Origin: Tubiluchus corallicola
Taxonomy: Eukaryota > Animalia > Priapulida
NCBI GenBank assembly: GCA_030141605.1
Contig: JAQGDQ010000297.1
Coordinates: 224,537-288,536 of the forward strand
Length of the DNA: 64,000 nucleotides
Direction: 5' to 3'
A program made the translations under genes and the position numbers. Positions within the stretch are counted from its first letter, which is position 1. Each line of letters opens with the position of its first letter. Shown in pieces: positions 13,801-26,375 of this stretch. Below the pieces are notes generated by a model, which had not been told where the DNA came from, searched no databases, and was given only the letters and a program-made list of their open reading frames with translations.

Positions 13801-15032
13801 GGGCAATAAGATTGTCACTATTAATACACTATAGTCCAAAAGAAGTTACCAAAATGCCACATTGAGAGCAATAAAGATAAAATAATGTGCTATATAGTTA
13901 AGTACACTAATTCTACGCCTATGCATTACTGTCACAAAAAATACAGTACTATAGGTAACAAGTCTGTGAATAATCTCTAGTATTGGTAGAAACTTTGTAC
14001 ATGATTAATTTTGCTTGACGAAACACAGTGGCCCAGACTCAAAATTGTATGAGCAACCCTCAATTTTTAAATCTAAAATTGATTATTAACTTTAATATGA
14101 TATACTTCTTTGTTCAATAATTCAAATTTATTTTAAAAAATTGACGGTTCCATAACATAATTTGTTGCTACAATAAACGTGATGTGTTTTAATAGTGTTT
14201 TGATATATTGACTCATTAACTTATGCCTAACTATTAATTAAAATGTAAATAAATGTAAATCGAAAAGCAGAAAGTTTGCGGTTCTGCTCTATACTTACTG
14301 CCAAGTGTCTAAGTTACTGACTGCACATTTCTCAAGGTTTCTTAAGATAAGTCTGTGACATTAAAGAATCACAAACGTAAGCAGAAATGCATCAGCAAGT
14401 AATAATGTTATAAATTATGCCGTCTCTAAATCAGGCCATAGGCCTATCGTATTCTTGAAACGTTCTTTTAAAAGTGGATAATCGGTTACTAATCCACTTC
14501 AATTGAACAAGCATTTTCGTTAATCAGTTTTCATTTTACAGTGCTGTAGTTTCTAACAATAATTAATGCTCTTACGTAAACTTTATAAATACTTTAAAAT
14601 CATAGCTGTGTAAACTTCAGTGCCACTGTTGTCGCATTTTCAAACTTACAATTTAACTTTTTGAGCAATTTTTATTCACAATTTATATACAGAATAGTAT
14701 TATATACAACAAAAGTACAAACATATTACCTGGTTTAAGCAAAATTTATAATAATATTACAGTAATGATCGTGTGGGCATATTACAAAAATTTACTGTGC
14801 GTCGGTGATAGCAGCTATATAATTACTTTCACTGCTAACAGATGACGCTCTAGATCCTATGTTCCGATATGTTCGGTGGGACGGGGGTGTGGGGGAGGGC
14901 TGAAGTTTTGGGTAGTAATGGGTAGGGATTACATTATGTTGGCACTCTAAAACTTAAATTGGTTCGAAATTCTGATGTTTTCCTGTGTGATCTCCTTAAA
15001 ACATACATGATCTAATAATGTTTATTTTGTTG

Positions 15033-15423
15033 ACATATAAGTTGAAAAACTGCAGGATGTTTTCCTGCAGGCATTGCCTGCTTCAGCACTCTGCGCTGCC
15101 TTTAATGGGAAATGTTAATCGAACTTTTAAAGCGTTAACTCAATTGTTTAAATAAGCTTTAAATTCGCGATGCAGGACCATTTAAGATACTTCTCAGCGT
15201 TATTATGAGTAGACCTACTTTAAGATTTATTATAATATCTTAGAAAGCACATTTTCATTGCAAAGTGTCAACTGTTGACATTTTACGATGAAAATGTGCT
15301 TTCTAAGATATTATAATAAATCTTAAAGTATAAATATATATATATATTTCCCGTTAAAGGCAGCGCAGCGTGCTGAAGTAGGCAATGACTGCTACACATC
15401 GTGCAGTTTTTCAATTTATATGT
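15033..15423. mobile_element. Fold-back/MITE-like element with outer inverted arms and an inner near-perfect palindrome
   Basis: Outer arms 15033-15113 / 15346-15423. Inner palindrome 15216-15330 centred on tgtcaac-t-gttgaca. Confidence 0.8.
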
Positions 15424-15507
15424 TATCTATATATATATATATATCGGGTTGCAGTAGTAGATTTTCCTGTCTTTCTCGAAAACAAAGCCACGAGTAGACC
15501 ACCGCCA

Positions 15508-16565
15508 AGATCAACGTAGAGTAACCTCTAGAGCAACGTAGAACAAACCATGAGAACAACGTAAAGGCAACTACAAAAATAATGTAGAATAACTTCTAGA
15601 TCAACGAAGAATATCTTCTAGATCAACATAGAACAAACTATAAGAACAACGTAAAAGTAACTACAAAAAACAACGTAGAATAACTTCTAGATCAACGAAG
15701 AATATCTTCTAGATCAACATAGAACAAAATATAAGAACAACGTAAAAGTAATTACATAAACAACGTAGAATAACTTCTAGATCAAGGTTGAACTAACTTC
15801 CAGATCAGCGTAGAATAACTTCTAGATCAACATAGAACAAACTATGAGATCACCGTAACAGTAACTACAAAAACAACGTAGAATAATTTCTAGATCAAGG
15901 TAGAACTAACTATACAGGATCAGCGAAGAATATCTTCTAGATCAACATAGAACAAACTATGAGATCAACGTAACAGTAACTACAAAAACAACGTAGAATA
16001 ATTTCTAGATCAAGGTTGAACTAACTTCCAGATCAGCGTAGAATAACTTCCAGATCAACATAGAACAAACTATGAGATCACCGTAACAGTAATTACATAA
16101 ACAACGTAGAATAACTTCTAGATCAAGGTTGAGCTAACTTCCAGATCAGCGTAGAATAACTTCTAGATCAACATAGAACAAACTATGAGATCACCGTAAC
16201 AGTAACTACAAAAACAACGTAGAATAATTTCTAGATCAAGGTAGAACTAACTATACAGGATCAACGAAGAATATCTTCTAGATCAACATAGAACAAACTA
16301 TGAGATCAACGTAACAGTAACTACAAAAACAACGTAGAATAATTTCTAGATCAAGGTAGAACTAACTATACAGGATCAACAAAGAATATCTTCTAGATCA
16401 ACATAGAACAAACTATAAGAACAACGTAACAGTAACTACAAAAACAACGTAGAATAACTTCTAGATCAAGGTTGAACTAACTTCCAGATCAGAGTAGAAT
16501 AACTTCTAGATCAACGTAGAACAAACTGCAAGATTAACGTTAAATAAATTACCAGATCAACTTAG
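15508..16565. repeat. Satellite array of ~22-23-bp monomers organised as a 113/115-bp five-monomer higher-order repeat
   Basis: Monomer consensus ~tctagatcaacgtagaataact. The marker catagaacaa recurs at 15627, 15718, 15831, 15946, 16059, 16172, 16287, 16402 and (variant) 16515. Confidence 0.95.
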
Positions 16566-18050
16566 ATATTAATCTAATAACATTAATTTACTTTGTTTTA
16601 CTATCGTCACAATATAGTGTTAAACCTATTCTGGTCTTTGTGCTGGTTATAAGGTTGTTACAGCACATCCATCCTATAAAATAAATATTACTCTCTAAAA
16701 TATACACCAACTACACAGACACTCGCCATCACTCACACTAATAACCCTATCGACATGAATATGGCCACGACACTGAAGTTTATCTATTTTATGTTGATTC
16801 TGAATGATTTAAATTTTAGTTACAGACCTTCAAGAAACTGTTGAATATTCTGGGGGCTTCTGGCATTTGCAAGAAGACTTTCTAGTCTTGGTGGCCAAAT
16901 GTAAAAGATGCGTGAAGTTATCACTTACAGGAGTCGTCCATGCAATAAATATTCTGAAGTAAAATTGTAAGATTTGTCACAGCGGTGACATTAAAAACAT
17001 ATTTAGCACCCTTGCAGAGCGTAGAAAAACGTATTGTTTGAGAGTTTATTAATGTATGTAAATGCATTTCTTTCGAAACAGAAACAAACCTTTGTATAAA
17101 TGATTGCGAGTATGCATGAGTTTGGTTTGGTTGTTCTGTGTTCTTGCTGGTCTACAATACTGCATGATTTAATCATGCCGAAATTTACCAGTATTAATGG
17201 CAAACCATGGGCCAGCACAAACTTTTCACAAAAATCTAAGGCAATGGAAATAATCAAATTTTTTTACACACCTTGCCTAATGTTGTGTGTTCAATAGAGA
17301 AGGAACATTTGCTCAAATCTGTCGATATGATGCAGTCGATAAATCCGTGTTTGGACACCGCTATATACTGAATTTATCCGTTTACAAAGGATGGCTTCAA
17401 AGCATTATTGCGGAATGTTGCTGTATCCACAGCTGTGCCTTTTCATTATTACCACAACAACGATAACTACAACAATGACAACTATTTCAAGAGTGACAAG
17501 ACTGGCCATTTTAGCATTTGGGCCGATAAAAATATATGCAGCAAGCACTGCTCAAACTGCAAGTGCTCAGAGCTGGCGACTAATTGTCACTCTTTGTATC
17601 AGAATTTCATCTTTTTCAACTGAATATTTTTTATGCTTTTTAGGAGGAAGACAGATTCTGAGGGATCAATCTTATATAAAATTCATGGCCAAACATTCTT
17701 GAAATTTCAATATTGAAATCAATTATACCGTAGTACTAGAGAAAAAATCGATTATCAGTAATCGCTTCGACACATCATCCAAATTTAGTGTTGAGGTTAG
17801 AGTCTTCCATTGAGCTGCGTAGTGTTCATTAAAACTGCAACTGTGGTGTGGTTGCGCTGCACAAATAATGGATGTGAAACGTGATGCATAAATTATAAAG
17901 TGATGACGATTCAATGCAGCTAAAACAATGATGCACTGAATGCAGAACTGGTGAGAAAATAAAACCACAAAACGCTCGATGGTTTTCACCATTAGTAGTT
18001 TCTAACATGAGACAACATGCACAGTCTTCGAAAGTACACAATTGTTGCCA

Positions 18051-18236
18051 CTAAGCAATTACATCGATATATTCTGGCACTGTTTTCTCCACTTCCTGTA
18101 AGCGCGCATGCAACTGTGATATTGTGAGTCTTTCCTCTGGCGAATGCTTCCAGCATTCCAACATGATGTTATACACATTGTGTGGACAGACAGACGGACG
18201 GCTGAGTAATTTTCCATTTCGTATGCAAGTAATAAC
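18051..18236 (-). CDS. Trk: Trk last exon: kinase C-lobe end and C-terminal tail
   Basis: tttcag|VITCIRNGKLLSRPSVCPHNVYNIMLECWKHSPEERLTISQLHARLQEVEKTVPEYIDVIA*; 186 nt, phase 0. Confidence 0.95.
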   Translation of the reverse strand, partial: VITCIRNGKLLSRPSVCPHNVYNIMLECWKHSPEERLTISQLHARLQEVEKTVPEYIDVIA

Positions 18237-18847
18237 CTGAAATTGTTCAAAAATGAAGTGGAATAGGCGATTAGGTAATAGAGCGCACAAAATGATAAGA
18301 GGTGAGAATAAAACTGAAGAACTCGGTAAATTTTTCTGGCAGTAATAGCAGTGCTGACAGTAGTGTGGTAATCGTGCAATGTTCTATACTACTGTGGTAT
18401 GGTGCTGATTGAAAAGCTCGCGTTTCAATATTATTATTTTTTGACATATTGTGGTTTACAAGATAGTGATATACTGGAATATAATACCGAAAGCTTCAAT
18501 GTAGGTAAACAAGTGAATCTAATACATTTCTGGATAATGCTCATTATTGGATATTACTGTTGAAGTATGAAACTTACTCCAGCGGTAATATTTAGTGACC
18601 CAAATCTGGTAATTTGCTTTTGAGACCCATGTTACAACCCATATGGTAAATTTCTACGCGTAATACATGACTTGTTGTGGTGAAAGAATTGGCAAAACAA
18701 AGAACAATGTTAGATTCTTAGAAGAGAAACAAAAAATATACATTTTCTGCATTTATTATTTATTATTTGACTTGTTTATGTAGCTGCAAATAACCTTTAA
18801 TGTTCTTTTGAATTAAGTGAATTAACTGATGCAGACCACTTTGTTTA

Positions 18848-19672
<825 letters not shown>

Positions 19673-20234
19673 TTAACACTTATTTTGCAACAAACGATTC
19701 TGTGGAGATTGCAGAATGAGATCATAAAGAATGCAAAAACAATGGCAATTCCCAGAAAGCCCTAACAACTTTATTATACAAGGGAACATAAGGGAAGTTC
19801 TGAAAGAAGCAACATTGAAAACTAGGGGAAAGATCGGTCAATAAAGTGAATATTCAAATTACTAGTTTATTGATTGTTAAAGAAAAAAGCCACGCAGCGA
19901 CTTAATTTGATAGTAACATAAGTTTTATGAAACATCTATGTCCCGTAATAGTTTTGTTTGGGATAATTTGTTTAAAAATGCAGAACCTTTTGTATATTTT
20001 TACCGTCTTTGTTGATTAGCATAACAACATTTCTTTTTCAGTAATAGGCCTATTCCTTTAAGAAGTAGAAATATTTTAATATTTAAGAAAATTAAGAAAC
20101 TTTTAAGAAAATATTTTACTATTTTGTTACGAATTGTTTTTGTCCTACTGGAATCTGCAGGTAATTTGTGCAAGTGTTTGTAGAAATTTTCTGCGGATTC
20201 CTGGAACACTTTTATAAGTGATATGATCACATAC

Positions 20235-20472
20235 CCTGTAATAATCATGACTGTAGAGGTCTCTGGACATCCCAAAATCACCAATTTTGACGACAAGCTG
20301 ATCGCTGACTAGACAGTTTCGAGTAGCAAGGTCCCTGTGCACAAAATGTTGCGAGGCAAGGTATTCCACACCTGCAGCTATCTGTGTAGCAATATGTAGC
20401 AACTGGTCTACAGTTAATTTGCTGTAGTTTCGATGTGCTTTACATAATACAGAGGCATCTGGACCTCGGGAC
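20235..20472 (-). CDS. Trk: Trk kinase exon (catalytic loop and activation loop)
   Basis: ttttag|(R)SRGPDA...[14 protein letters not shown]...[19 protein letters not shown]|gtatgt; 238 nt, phase 2-0. Confidence 0.96.
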
Positions 20473-20748
20473 CTAAAACGAAAATATACAATGCAACCGG
20501 CTATCAAGTAATAAAATGTTACTGTAAAATAACAGTACTGTAACACAGCACGTTATGAGGCAGTAAAGTAAAGTAACCCTTACTTATTGACCACAGTTAA
20601 ATAGCCCACAAGGGAAGAACAGACTCTCTGGGAAAGAATTTATCTCTTTAAACATTCTCAACCTGCTCGATAATGGTAGATTTTTTACTGAGAACTACTA
20701 TAACTGCCTTATGTGGTTTAGGGCAAACTTGGAATCTGAAAAACTTGC

Positions 20749-21046
20749 CTCAAGAAATTTTTCAGGTCTCCATTTTTCATGTACTCAAAGACCATCATCA
20801 GAGGTTCACCATCAGTACAAATTCCATGAAAGGAGACGATGTTGGGATGCTTCAGAGTGGTCATGATATCCGCCTCCAAGTAAAATTCATTGACGGTGTT
20901 CTCATTTGAATGAGCTTTCAGCGTTTTCACAGCAACAAATTTTTCTTGATCATCATTGGCGATCTCACCCAGAAACACTCTGCCGAAAGCTCCTTCGCCG
21001 AGTTCCTTGATAAAGCGTATTGTGTCTCTTGGAATGGAAGGAATGG
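20749..21046 (-). CDS. Trk: Trk kinase N-lobe exon (GC donor)
   Basis: tttgtag|(A)IPSIPRDTIRFIKELGEGAFGRVFLG...VAVKTLK...MVFEYMKNGDLKNFL(R)|gcaagt; 298 nt, phase 1-2. Confidence 0.93.
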
Positions 21047-22485
21047 CTACAAAGACAAGTGAAATTAGTAAAATGCTTTCTTGAAATAGTCAAAACTGAA
21101 GAAAGGCTAAACTAATGAAAGCATTCAAATCCAGTACAGAGGTCTCTAGAACCATAAAGGTCATACATGAATGAAAACTGGAATCAATTTTTAGGCCAAA
21201 ATAATCGCTATGTCTGTGATACTCGAGTTTTTAACAGCTTTTTGGAAATCTTAACTCGTAACTCGTATAGAGCAACCGCTACAAATTCAGATCAAGTGGA
21301 ATAGTTCCTGGATGTTTCAAAACCAATTTTAATACCAAATTTGAACAAGAGTTGCTTAATTGTAAAGTAATTCACGTCATGTAGAATGATTTTTCAAACT
21401 ACTAAAATAGACTAAGAACTCTCAAGGTGAAATTAGACCTAATGAAAAAATGTTTGCTACTAATTAAAATCGGAAAGATCAGTTCTCTAACAACACTGGC
21501 TTAATTATAATACGCAAGGAAAAATTACCGTGACTGCACAAGTAGCTTACATGTAAGAGCCTTTCTAAACTACTTAACTCCATTAATCAAACATTTCCTG
21601 AAACCAGCAAATCAAGAAAAATGATTTTCACAAAGTAAGATGTGTAGTTGATGCATATGTGTGAAATATAGAATAGAATAAAATGATTTCTGAATTGTAC
21701 AGTCGAACAGAACTAATTGTGTAGTTAATTATACTTTCTTAAGTGAACGGGGTGCATTTGCCATAATCCAGTAACAAACTCATGCTTTGGAGAGAAACTT
21801 AGTTTAGTTTAATGAACAACTTTTTCTTTGCCCTGAACTATCTCGATCTGATCCTTGTAGCTGCTCGTTTACAGTATTGTTCATGTATTATGCATGTTTT
21901 ATGTTTTCATCTCTTATTACCACCCATAGGCATTGGCCAGAGAATTAACTGTGTTGGAGTAACATAACTTTGTTTTTTTTCTGTCAGTTGGTTTTGTATC
22001 ACACGATATTAAGTTTACCATTTAGTATTTGTCTTGTTTGCTTCTCAAAATGCTGATTTTTTTGTAAAAATATTTACACTGTATATTTATTTATATTGAA
22101 TTTTCACTTTTTGATCATTAGTTTAGTTTATTTGACATATGATTAACAAGGCAGATACATTTTAAGAAAAAACACATATATCAATCTACATGCATATGTG
22201 AGAGTGTTTCGCTACAGTGCATTAAGGACAAAGACAACATTTATTTACCGTCGCTCTTTGAACAAACAATATTAGCACTAATGGCTAGGATGCAGCACAC
22301 AAACAACGAATAACTTCTAGGCGGCATGTCCTTGTGTTGCCACCCGCTAGCTCTAAGTCAAGAATGTGTGGTTGCCACTCAAGCCAGGACAAATGATTGG
22401 ATGACTGGATCATTACATTAGACGACTGCATAATATGGGGATAAGCATAATAAAATACATAGTAAAATTAGGTGAGCATTCAAAC

Positions 22486-22699
22486 CTGCAGCTGAATTTT
22501 CACTTGTTTGTTTTTCGTAATTAGGATTGTGCACGAGGGGAATAGTTTCATTCTGGTACAGTCTTGCGCAAGCCTGAGCGTCGCTGTTGTTGTCATGGCT
22601 ACTCCGTCTGCGCTGTTTTCTTAGCCAATAAAAGCGTACGAGAAGAGCGACCACCACCACTATCAAAATTGTGACTCCAATTGCTGCTCCGATGTAAAC
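22486..22699 (-). CDS. Trk: Trk transmembrane and juxtamembrane exon with NPxY
   Basis: tttttag|VYIGAAIGVTILIVVVVALLVRFYWLRKQRRR...PLVHNPNYEKQTSENSAA|gtttga; 214 nt, phase 0-1. Confidence 0.92.
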
Positions 22700-23511
22700 C
22701 TAAAAATCAATAAATAATTTATAATACTGTATTTCTGACAAGCCCTCCCGCAGATGAGAGCAGTTTCATGATTTTTTGAAAAAGCTTTTAATAATAATGC
22801 AAGGATACTAATTTCAAGTTAAAATTTTAAAATTACACTTGTGGTGCGCAAAAGTAAATGTAGTACGACTAATGCTCCATTTTTGACGTTCGTGTCAGAT
22901 CACTTTCTCGATCTATTTGCTTTTGTATGGGTGAGCCCAGGCTAGTTATAAGCCACATCTGGGCTAGTACCTTACTTTTTGCCCTTAACCCACTCGACGA
23001 TTGTCAAATGAGGTCAGATATGGTTTGGAATCAGCCCTCCACGTTGAAGCTCTGTGGCTACATTAAACCTCTTTTGTTAGTTTTATGAAAGATTTCTTCG
23101 GGACTGGTGCCTAAATTTCGACAATTTCCCTGGAGCACTTGCTTTGCCAGGACTTCTCACATTCTAACCAGAACATTCCTAGATACATCCGACACATAAC
23201 AGCTGATTACAAATTCAGTTTTTGCCTGAGCTTCTTATCTGTGGAACTCTTTATCAGAAAATTGTTTCATGAGAAACTTAACTACATTGAGACGAATGTT
23301 AACAAATTCTACTTCCTATCACCAGTAAAAACAGTTACACGAGTTCGATTTTTCTAGACATTTATTTACGAGTATGTATTTATTTCTCTACGTTATCTTC
23401 AGTGACCCAGGCTTTTGAGGGGGTAATTTGTATATTCAAAAATTTACGCACTTTTTATGACGAATTGAGCAACGTGTTATATAAACTTCTGCAACATGGC
23501 AGGGCACTTAC

Positions 23512-23618
23512 CGTAGCCTTGCCTTCTGGAGCCACAAGAGGTGGTGGCAAAGATGGATTTGTGTTAAAGTTCACATTTGCTGTGTTAAAATACGGCCGAA
23601 GTACGTTCTTAGGTGGTG
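23512..23618 (-). CDS. Trk: Trk extracellular juxtamembrane (Pro-rich) exon
   Basis: ttttag|(P)PPKNVLRPYFNTANVNFNTNPSLPPPLVAPEGKAT|gtaagt; 107 nt, phase 1-0, bridging the flanking exons exactly. Confidence 0.85.
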
Positions 23619-24565
23619 CTAAAACAAAATAAAATACATAATTGTATAAATAAACCTTCGAACCCCTCCCACAGGTATGTATGTAAGTGGCAGGCACATC
23701 TCTACTGCGATTGCAATTTCCACACATACTTCAGATGAGAAGGCACGACTATTACGCCAACTGACCCCAAGAAACAGAAAATTGAATCTCATTAAACGCA
23801 AAACTATGGCTTACTCCTATACAGTATAGCATCTTGATGTAGTGATGTTTCATAATTACTATTGCTCCTGAATCGCTTACGTCAAGGGGTCAGTTAGCTA
23901 GATAGGTGTAGTACAGTCTAGATAGCTGTAGACTGTAACACCTGAGAAACACGAACGTTGGCATAACCGAAGGAAACGACCCTGCCAAATCGCGAACATA
24001 GAATTGATGCAGAACATTAATTAATCTGCACCAATACTATATTCATGATGCGACACAGTGTTCTCACATTTAATGCTACTAATCTCCAATATAATCGCTC
24101 ACGCAAAACTCTATGACTTTGATTAGCAAATAAAATTCTGCACGCAAGTTTTAAAGCGCACTACATTTGCCAACATTAAAGGTTTGTATAATACCTGTGA
24201 CTGCCTGTGACTACCTGGCATCTCTGAACAATCATGGCGTGATCTTATACTCAAAGGACTTTTAGCTCTCTAAGTTTATATAATGCACCTGCCCCGTTCT
24301 TAACCACAGTATATCATTACTCCCCGTGCGACTTCTTGCCATGATCAAGAAACTAATAAGGGGATCTTTCAGTCAAAATGCTGCAAGTGATAATTTTGAG
24401 AACGGCATCGCAAAATCCACTTTCAGCACCGTGGTCAAACGGCCAGTCGATTGGTCGGGACGGCGAATTTGTCTTTATGTGCAATGAAGGAAAACCTGTC
24501 AAGTTTACGCATTAAATCTGTATCAAATGTATCCTAATAATGATTGCTTTCTTTTTTAATCAGTT

Positions 24566-24625
<60 letters not shown>

Positions 24626-24633
24626 TCTCTCTC
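24566..24633. repeat. (CT)n microsatellite with a (CG)n core
   Basis: Seen directly. Confidence 0.9.
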
Positions 24634-25529
24634 CACTTCTGTCTCAGTTTTTCTTACTCTCTCTTTCACTACCTTTCACTTTCAGTTGCATGACAGGCAG
24701 TGACGTGTTTGAGGATTTAGTTTCTTGCTATATCATCAAATGCACACAGAAGTAGGCAAAACTGTCATACCTAACATGGCTGGATAATTTTACTATTTAT
24801 TTAAAATGTATATAGTTTGTGCCTAATGAATAATAAATAAATGATTGTTTCTCTTTCTCTACCCTCTCTCTTTCTCTCGCAAACACGCTCTCTTTCTATT
24901 TGGCTTCGTCCCTCTTTCTTTCTTTCTCTTACTCATCGTCCTTCTCCTCTCTTCTCTCTCCCCGCTATGTCTCTCACTTTCTAATCGGTTTCACTTTGAC
25001 TACCCGTTTTCTTTTTCCATTTTATCGACTTTCTTTTTTTCTCTATCTACCTCTTTTTATCCTCACACGTATCCCAACTGCCCTCTTTTTTACAATTATT
25101 CTTTCAAGGAAACGCGCTCTAAATCAGACAATTCAAACACGTGGCAAGAATTGCATTACGTATTTTCTTTGGTTCACGGCTTACTGTTGTCATTTAAAAA
25201 TGCTAAAACGTTAGTGCTCCAAATCGTGCAGCGCCAAGGCTTACTAAAGATAATTACGTACATATTGATTTGACAGATTATAGCGACAGAAAATAAATTA
25301 GGTATAATGACAAATTCATTCAAATTATATTAAATTTTCTCTGCTTTTGAAAGTAAGGAAATTAAAATTATGTTCTAGAGTCAAATCAATTTCAGTCTAG
25401 AATTACAGCTTACAGAGTTAATGTAATTATCGTACAGAAATCACGCAATTTAACAGTATGCTCACTGTGCACTTTGTGTATATTTGTATCAAGCAATTCC
25501 GAATGCGTTATATGAACAAGTTAACCTAC

Positions 25530-25643
25530 GTTTTAAATCCAGAACTAGCTCCACTGTTTCATTTGTAGATCCAAAACTGTTGCTGGCTACCAACGTGTAG
25601 TTTCCGTTGTCACCAAACGTTGCCGCCGGAATGTGAAAGTAAC
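25530..25643 (-). CDS. Trk: Trk Ig2 (d5) C-terminal half, constant exon
   Basis: ggtttag|(G)YFHIPAATFGDNGNYTLVASNSFGSTNETVELVLDLK|gtaggt. It carries the NGNYTLxAxN motif of Trk d5; 114 nt, phase 1-1. Not in the ORF track. Confidence 0.92.
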
Positions 25644-26109
25644 CTAAACCGAGTTATATGAGATGGTACTTGAATTCATTGTATTAACAATTTAACATTA
25701 ACGTGTGTTCCTTTTTCCAACGAGATTTTTCGTTTTATTTTTCGTTCCTTCAGTAAACTAGATAATAATCTACATGCTGTGACACTACCATGTATAGCAT
25801 TGTAACTCGTAACAGCGCAACACTAGAATATTTACAGTTACCTAATATAAAATTATTAAAAATTTTCAACATTTTACGATTTAGACACTTTCCTGAATAT
25901 GACTGATACTCCCTCATTAGTATTTGCATAATAATCGGACAAAGAATAGAAGAAGAAGCACAATATCTAACCAGCTAACTTGCATGACTGTGTGAAATAG
26001 GGCGAATAGTAGAGATGATTGAATCTTTGCTGCATTTCAGATTTATAAGGCAAAGTCTACACTGAAAAACGTCACTAATAATCTTTGCTTCTGCTTCTGC
26101 TAGACTCAC

Positions 26110-26307
26110 CTCGTTTAATCCAAGGCACCTCAAATGTTTTTAAGAAGGGAAACCGACAGGTGTCGCCACCGTTCCGGCGACGTTTGTTTTTATACCAAAT
26201 GATATTAACGTCTGAAGCCCGGTCTGTCTTTATTGTATACTCTATGCATATTCCACCGCATATGTTGCAAGGTGCTGGCTTACTAACAAATAGTATCTTT
26301 GGCGCAC
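26110..26307 (-). CDS. Trk: Trk Ig2 (d5) N-terminal half, variant B (putative mutually exclusive exon)
   Basis: tttttag|(G)APKILFVSKPAPCNICGGICIEYTIKTDRASDVNIIWYKNKRRRNGGDTCRFPFLKTFEVPWIKR(G)|gtgagt; 198 nt, phase 1-1, open frame. Confidence 0.82.
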
Positions 26308-26375
26308 CTAAAAATCGTACAAAATATACACAAAAACTGTTTACATGCAATTAACGCACATCTATGTTCTCTTAC

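Noticed and set aside
22418-22485. Kinase-less Trk isoform by read-through of the TM exon (…GLNAHLILLCILLCLSPYYAVV*)
   Set aside because: Simple intron read-through; nothing in the sequence distinguishes it from chance.
24355-24495. Possible alternative terminal exon giving a secreted Trk (phase-1 frame FPSLHIK...SPY*)
   Set aside because: The acceptor is weak (aaacttgacag), there is no homology, and an open frame of this length is expected by chance. It needs RNA evidence.
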